Of a stretch of 64,000 bases of DNA, positions 55,176 through 64,000 are shown piece by piece. The stretch lies in NCBI RefSeq assembly GCF_009914755.1, contig NC_060929.1; one strand, given 5' to 3'. A program made the position numbers and the translations under genes. The DNA comes from the human T2T-CHM13v2.0 reference genome, Homo sapiens. The notes under the pieces are model-generated. The model was given only the letters and a program-made list of their open reading frames with translations, made no database searches and was not told where the DNA came from. Positions within the stretch are counted from its first letter, which is position 1, and each line of letters begins with the position of its first letter.

Positions 55176-57945
55176 AACTGAGAGGCTACTTCCTGGGGCC
55201 ACACAGACTGACTCTCTCATGGCTACTAACAAGTGTCGAGTCCCCAAGGCTGGGGGCCGAGCCTGGGAATGGGGGTGAGTGGAGGGCTCCGACTCAGGGC
55301 AGCTGGAAATCTTCTCGCTCCAGCAAGCTCGACCATGCCAAGAGACTGGCCGGGACAAGATAAACGGAGCTGGTGGCGGGAGGGACAGCCCCAGAGCAGA
55401 CCCTTCCTATGGCGGCCCTGAGTGTGAGTATCCCTGCCACCAAGAGAGCAATGGGCAGGGAAGGAAGGGGTCTGCCGACCCCAGCTCGGGGAATTTCACT
55501 AGCCCCTTTGCTTCAAAGGGCACTTGTGTCTTAGAATTTGGCCAGGGTGGGGGGTTGAGTCAGCCTCCTCAGAGAAACTGCGTGAGAGTGTGTGCGTGCA
55601 TGGGAGTGTACTTGTGGAAAGGTGTGTTTGCGTAGCCTTAGGGAAGGAAGGCAATTGCTCCTTAACAGCAGAGTATCATGATACCCCCAGGATCTTGAGT
55701 TTTTTACAGGATGTTGGGTTTGCTCAAGGAGTCAAGAGGAGGGCACCAAGTTTTCCTTTTTTCTAAATAGCTCTGGAACCAGGCTTGTAATCCATAGCAT
55801 CACCGACTCTGCAAAGGATTTCATTTTGGGGTACAGCAGGGTGTTTTAAGTGCTGTGACTTCAGCTAATGATCTTTTCTTCAGCCCCACCCCCTCCCCAC
55901 TAGCTCGATCTAGTATATTGGGGAATGCAGGTGGGGGGTGTCACCATATTTTTTCTGAGCTGGCCTTTTTTTCTCATCAGATTGTCCAGGCTATATTCCA
56001 CCTGCCTCTTTTGCCCTCTTGAGTAGAGTTGCACACAGCACATGGGCAACTGAAGCAGGGTTGAGGGGCTCTATCTCTCTCTCTCCTCTGCTGATGGGAC
56101 CCTTTTCCCCTCACCCTCTGCCCTTCTAAGTCATAGACTAGGTAGGAAGGCCCTATATTGGTCCCCAGCATCTACTGAGGCAGACCTGCAACAGAAGTGG
56201 CATTCAGTCCCCAGCAGACATGGGTGAGCTCACCCCAGCACTGCTGTTGGGAAGGTGACTGCAGGAAACCAATTCTTACAAGATCCAGGCCCAGCCTTTT
56301 TGACCTGCTTGAGAGGGAAGAAGGGGTGTTTAGCATTTAATAGTTTGCTTGTCTTCCACTCCTGCCAGGAAGTGTTTATTTGCCTCTAATTGGGCCTGAG
56401 AGACCATAGGGAGGTTGGGGCTCACTGAGGGATTGGCTGAGGATGTATAAAGCAAAGGCTGTGAGAAGCAGTTGGGAGTTTGGTTGTCATTGGATTGAAT
56501 TTACTTTTTTGTTTCTCACCCGCAACTTGAGCCAGGACAGCTGGTCCAAGTGGCCACAGTGATGGGTTTAAGTACCTTGGTAGGGCTGGCACCAGTGGAA
56601 ACACATACTGAAGCTGCCACCACAATAGCTTGTGAGGTTTTATCCAGCTTTGGTTAGACCCTGCATGACCAAATTTGACCTGCCCTTGTTTATGGCAAGA
56701 AGGGCATTTTTCTCTTCAATTTCCAGGGTTTCCTAGGACCCAGTTCCTCATGTAAGGGAGGAAGACCAAGGTCTTTGTGTTTTCTTCCTCATGGAATTGA
56801 ACCTGACATTTTCTGGATCTCCTGCATGTCAGGAGCATCAGTGAGGCTTCAGCCTCCTCGTCTCCACTCCAGAGAGGAGGTGGCTATGTCTTCTTAAGCC
56901 TCTGGCCCTCAGAGGCTCCTCCCTATCTCCTGGCTAGTTACCACTAGGCTACCAGGTCTCTAGGGGCCTGAGAGAGGCCCTCTAGAGAATCCAGGGAAAC
57001 TGTGAGCCCAGGAGTTGCCCATCTATGGTTTCATTCCTCCCCTGGCTCTTCTCCCTCTTCAGGCCATAATTTCCCTGGTGCCAATTTCTTTTCCTCCTGG
57101 GGCATCCTCATCCCAGGGCTCTCTGCTGTAGATTGGCTGTGCCAGCTTCCAACAGGTTACTGGCAATGCCAGTGAGTTTCTGTAGGCCCTAAGCTGAAGA
57201 AGTGAGGCAGTGATTCTGCCTCCATCCTGGTTTCCCCAAAGCCCCAGGGCACCATCCTTAGGGGAGAAGGTCTACAGTTATCATTATTTTAATTCCATTA
57301 CTTTCAGTCTGGAAAACTAAGCTAGTCAGAACTGTCATCTTGCTTCCCAATCTAAGAACCTGTGGCCCTGGAACACTTTTCAAGAATTGGTTCATTTTGC
57401 TTTACACAGTAGATCTGTTCCAACAGTTCTGTGTAAACCAAATGCTATTTTTCAATGCATTTGGACTGCTGACCATTTAAAAGCAGCCTATGATTGCTTC
57501 TTTTTGTAAAGCAAGCAACCTCCCTCCACTTTAGCTGTTTTGACTATTTGAATTTTCACATATTGGGCTTACCCAGAGTGGAGCACACCTCCAGGGCATG
57601 TGGCTGACACTGGGTCAATGTCTGCATCTGTGCTGTGTGTGTAGTGTGGTTGGCCAGTAGGTGAGTATCCCTGTGTGTGTGAGTGAAGCCACTCCCCAGG
57701 CTGGTGCTCTCCTCCTGTGCCCAGTGACTGCCCAGTGGCAGCTCAGCTGCCCTTCACTCCCACCTGCTGCCAAAGTCCCTGTGCTAATGGGATTACAAAT
57801 ACAAAAAGTGGAAAAAAATTTTCGTAAACTTTGTTTTATATTAAAAGAAAAATCCATAAGTCTGTGTGTGTTAAACATGAGGTTCTGCCTCTGTGGCTGT
57901 GTTTGAAAAAATAAAGTTTTATTAGAATAATCCATTTTCCCAAGC
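55176..57945 (+). other. FAM53C: FAM53C 3'UTR (~2.75 kb; end approximate)
   Basis: Follows the stop codon, no recognisable interspersed repeat, ends at poly(A) signals. Confidence 0.75.
57910..57915 (+). terminator. FAM53C polyadenylation signal AATAAA (ATTAAA also at 57840-45)
   Basis: Canonical hexamer with GU/U-rich sequence downstream (ttgtgt...gtgtcttctt). Confidence 0.75.
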
Positions 57946-60629
57946 AACCTTGTGTACTACAGTGTCTTCTTCCCTTCCCCACAAAGACAAGGAAGAAGCA
58001 GGGTAGAAGGCCACCTAACTGTTCCAGCCCCTTCATCTAAGATGTGGGTCAACCTTTCAAAAAGGGGCAGTATTTGGACCCTAGGCCCTTTGCCGGCCAT
58101 GGCAGGATGTTATACTGTGGCCCAGGCTTCTGCTAAGGCCTTGGTTATTTTTGGCAGTCTGGTTTGGTCTCTCTTTCCCTGGCAGTTATACTTGTCTCCT
58201 CCTGCCTGCTGTCACTCTCACTTCCAGCAAGTTGAAGTCAAGTATGAATGCATTCCAGCTCCCTGAGAAATGGTTTATGGTACAGTCAGGAACTTGTCTA
58301 GATTGGTTTGTAGGCTTTGGGAAGTAGGGAGAAGGCAGGGTGGGAGACAGCCAGGGATCTTTCTTAAGTTTTCACATGTTACATCCTGGAGAGATAGAGG
58401 TTTAGTCATCAGAATTCAGATTCCATAGACCTAGGCAATTTTTCCATCCTAAAAATACTGCTTTTGGAAAATAATCCTAGCTGCAAAGCTTCTCTTTTGT
58501 TGTAGAAGACAGTATTTTCCCTAATGTTTCCTTTGGGAGTGTTGGTTTGCCAAAAGAAGCTATGTGGCTCACTCTTTAGACCTTTCTGTTCCACCCTTTC
58601 TTCTCTCTATGTTGACATTCTTCCAATGTGTGTGGGTGAAGTGTAGTTGCTTAGAGATCCAGGCAGGAGCCTCTGTCTCTAAGGCTTAGCCTTTCTTTAC
58701 CAGTTGTGGTGCTAATTTGCCAGGCAGCAAGAAGAGTCAAGTTGCTTAGCTTATGTCCTGGTTTCCTGCTTCAAATTGGTGGCACTCATCATTGAATACC
58801 AATGAAGTGTGTGCAGGACAGGACTGACTTGACTACCTGGAGCAGGAATCTTTGCAGGGGTGCACATACACCCTAGAAAAAGTGAGGGTTGTCACCTGCC
58901 CTGGAAACAAAGGAAGGGCTTTGGGGAAGTGGTGGGCAGTGGCATGTGGTTAAAGAAGCTTAGAATTACAGGGTTTTTTTTCTTTAAAACTGATGTTTCA
59001 TTTCACCTACTGCTTGAGCAGGGGTAAAGTTTGAACATCTAAAATGACTTTGTTTCCCCCTTTTTTTCTTTTGAGTTTATTTTTGTTGGATTTTTCTGCT
59101 ATTTTCTGTGAGGCCAAGTGTGATTTTATTTTTCATTCCTGAAGTCTTGTTAATATAGGAAAGAACGTAAACTCCATGAGGGCAAGAGTTTTGTTTTATT
59201 CAATATTGTGTCCCCAACACTTTGGGAAGTTCCTGGCACATGAAAAGTGCTGGTCACATTTGTTGAATGCATTTCCCTTTTGCCTTTCCCATCCGTGAAC
59301 TTAGGTACATTTCTGTCTCTCTGCTGTGAGAAACTAGCCTTGGACATTGGGGCAGTAGTTAAATCTCTGTATGGGAGAAAATCCCAGCAGATAATTTTGA
59401 TAGAAAAATTGCAAGGCAGATAGATCTTGTATGGATTCACCCTTGTTCCCCTCCTACCAACTACAGCTTATGGGCCATGTGCTTTAAGAGGTGGCTCTCA
59501 GCCCAGAAAAACATTCTGAGTCAGGCCTCAGGTTGGCTGTGGGAGATGGAAGTTAAAAAGAAGTGGAGGGAGGAATGTTTCCTTGGTGCTCCACAGGGTT
59601 GGTTCTAGAATGATTTTCCTATATGTTTTATACTTTAGTAAAAGTATAAAGTCAATAGTTGGTTACCCCTCTCCCCAAGCCTTTGTTACAAGAAAAGTAG
59701 GTCAAGGGTGTAGACAAGGTTATGGACAGGAGATAGCTGGGGTAGGCACAGAAGCCTTGGAGAAAGAACCAGCTACCACTATTTCCTGTCTGTAGGGAAA
59801 ATCAAAAAGTCACTTTTAGAACAACAGTCATGGGTTATTACTATACCCTTTATCTTTTGTATCCATTTTGTGTATACTCAGTCTCTGCATCCATGAGACC
59901 ATGGAATGTGCTAGTCCCTGATATTGCCAGCTTTAAATGATTGAGGCAATTTCCTGTTGCTTATTGTGGGTAACAATCTAGCCAAAAATCTCAGCATCTC
60001 ACTTTCTCTGCAGGCTCCTTTTCTAATCAGGAGCTATCAGTCTCCCACACCTGTATTAAATGCATTCAGATAAGAGTTACAGAATTTTCTTTGCCCCCAG
60101 CCCCACTAATTCCATGGTAAGATGGAGTGCTACTAAGAGAACCCCTTTACTGTTGGTCTATTTCCAGTTCCCCTAAGAGTTGAATGGAGAAACACGTAGA
60201 CTTAATAACATTGGCAGACTAGGAAGGGGAAGAAGTTAGGTCGGTTTTAGGAAAAACACCAAGATGTTGGGGGGCACGTTGGCCTTCAGTCAGTGGAAAG
60301 AGTGGCATTATACATCCAATGGAAGTAATACATTGGCCAATTGGAAAGGAACCTAAGAAGTGCTGGCAGTATAGAATGGGATGGTGCTGTTATGGGCCAT
60401 TGAGAAGGAAGACATTGTGTCTCATGGACCAATGGGGAGAACATTTCCTACAAGACAGCAGGTAGGAGCTCATATTTTCAGGATAGGAAATCAATGGGGG
60501 TATTGGAGACACTAAATAGCTCAAAACATCCACTCTCTAGGTACCTTGCCCCTCACCCCCTTACCCCGTAAATGTCTTTGGTATCCGAGGAGAGCAAGCT
60601 AAAGCCCTCTCATATATACGACTCCCTGA

Positions 60630-61811
<1,182 letters not shown>

Positions 61812-64000
61812 TAACGCTTCTGGGTGACAGGAGCTGCAGTTGTGGCTGTTTTTGTTAAGTTTGAGATCTTTCTTAGTGGCCGAACGGGGCTGCTGGGTAG
61901 TGCTTTTTGCTCCCAGCTCAGCTACTCCCCCAACCTTGGGAGAGGTTTTGTTTTGAAACTTTGTGTTTGGGCTTGGCCCTTTTTGAATGCCTTGGTGTGT
62001 TTTGTGATTAAAGTTGTTCAGTCATACAACTTAACTAGCATTCGGGATCATGATGTGTTATTCTCGTTAATGTGGCGGTAAAATATAGTGTTTGAGTTTT
62101 GGCAAGCCACTTTATTTCCTCATTTTGATAGGGGCCCTAGCTTCTCTGGTGAGATAAGGCTATGAAAAATGGTGTGTGTGCGTGTTGGGGCAGGGGGTGG
62201 TCTTTTGGAATGTAATAGATCAGCAAGCAGAAAGTAAATTTTCTTGATGAACTTGCTTTTGCAGATATAAACGGGAACGCAGTTTGTGAGATTTGGAAGT
62301 AATGTTGTAGGCTTCCGATGTTCATTTTTCTTCCTATTGATCAACGGTGTTAGACTGTCCTTTTTCACTAATATACAAGCTTTATGGATTTTTTTTGTGG
62401 ATGGCTTAGGCTTTGCTTCTGCTACTTGGGTTCATTTGCTTTGATTTTTCTTCATGCTGTATAAGAAACGTTACTAGGACATTTATAAGGCCTCAGTGGG
62501 GCAAATTTGCAAAAAGATACTAAAAATTTAAGGGGATGGAATGATGATTAAGACTGGGATTTGGATCTCTATTCCTCTGCGCTTTCTTTAAAAGATGGCT
62601 GGGATGGGAAAAGAAGTGTCCATTTCAGATTCATTCTACCACCTTGGAGGCAAAACATACTTAAGATCCACTATTATATGCATACTTTGACCGAAGGCCT
62701 ACTTTGCCCTAGCTATTCATTGGGATTTTTTTCTGGTTCTTGCAGTGGTCGTCTCGTTTCCTCCATCAGATGAATTGCTAATGAGCTCTGCACCTGAAAT
62801 GGCTCCCCATTCACTTTGTCGTTTGCTGTGCTCCCTAAGGGCAGAGGATTTTGGAGCTCACTTCCTTGCTGGACACCCACTAAGCTAAATACTGAATAAT
62901 TTTACCACTGATCCCACGGAACTGGGTTCTCAAACCAAGTAAAAAGTTGCAGTGATTCTTGGAAATTAAAGCAAAGAACATTACAGCTGTGTTGAGGTCT
63001 TGCATAGGGCTGTGTGAATGTAGAAGCAAAGGCAGGTTTGTATTTTGAGAATACATTTATGCTTGTCTTACATGTATATCCAGGGACATAGATGAGAAAA
63101 CAGCCAGACCAAAACTCAGAGCCTTTAGATTTTTTCACCAGCTTGCAAAATTGTTCAAGAATTGGTATTTTGTTGAGGTTCTATTAATGACAATGACCAG
63201 TGTAGGATGAGAATGGGCCGTTTTCTTTTTTTCTCATTAAGAGAGATTTCCTTTGGACCGTAGGCATGTGGACCTTTCCAATTTGCACCACACACGGTAG
63301 TAAACACAACTGTCTTCCAATCAAAAGTGTTCTTCCCGTACTCAAGGGTGGAGTTTGCAAGCAGCTGGCCTGTGATTGGGCAGATTTTCATTCAGTTATG
63401 TTTACGATGTTTTCAGGCATGCTTGGTTTTGAGTAATGCCTAGCAGGGCGCCCCCTTTTAAGGATGAGTAATTGAGGGTTGGATGAATGAGTTTCTGAAG
63501 TGATTGAAAACACACTTCTTAATTTTAGATTCCACGAATACATCTCTTTCTAAATACTTTTTGATTCAGATATCCTATAAAATACAGTACTGATCCATTA
63601 AATGAAACCTTTTTTGGAAAACAGTAACAAAGCCAAGTGCTACCTTAAGGTGAGATGTGAAAAAAAGGAGTCAGGATCCTGTTGATTGAGAGTTTTGTTG
63701 ATAAGGTTCTCATAGGTGGACATCTTCACCAGCAGAAGCCATGCTGACAAATTACTCAGATGTTTAGCCAAGGCATGAAAACAGCTTTTCCCCCACTTTC
63801 TAGTGGAATAGTAATTTTATTTGTGTTTTAAAATGGGCCTTTTATTTTTTTAGAATTAGTTTATGGGTTGTATGCATTTATCTCTGGCTTTTCTTTCCTA
63901 ATCTGGTGTCCTCTTTGTGTTCCTAAATCATTATTGGCTCATGTAAGTTGCAGAGACCTTGGGACCGTCACGTATATGGGTATTGTAGATAAAACAGACC

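Overview
Primate, almost certainly human, genomic DNA from 5q31.2. It contains (i) the 5' half of CDC25C on the minus strand: promoter at ~40.05 kb, non-coding exon 1, and coding exons 2-8 (codons 1-254), with the gene running off the left edge; (ii) the complete FAM53C gene on the plus strand: 4 coding exons, 392 aa, ~2.75-kb 3'UTR; (iii) the CpG island, first coding exon (64 codons) and start of intron 1 of KDM3B on the plus strand. I checked the coding-exon boundaries for GT-AG and frame continuity. The CDC25C introns are packed with Alu (roughly 60-70 Alu copies/fragments in the window by eye), L1, L2, MIR, solo LTRs and DNA-transposon relics, whereas 55-64 kb has no Alu. Most ORFs in the supplied track are repeat- or GC-derived noise. 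I see no CRISPR array, tRNA/rRNA or new protein family. The best leads are architectural: (1) the CDC25C and FAM53C CpG-island promoters each carry a divergent-strand splice donor that could feed the other gene; (2) a 4-nt tandem acceptor on CDC25C exon 2 selects which upstream ATG is in frame; (3) CDC25C exon 4 is readable in two frames; (4) a FAM53C uORF ends on the main start codon (ATGA); (5) splice phases allow an in-frame FAM53C-KDM3B read-through fusion. Some of these isoforms may already be annotated. Repeat family names are from memory of consensus sequences, and repeat boundaries and TSS positions are approximate.
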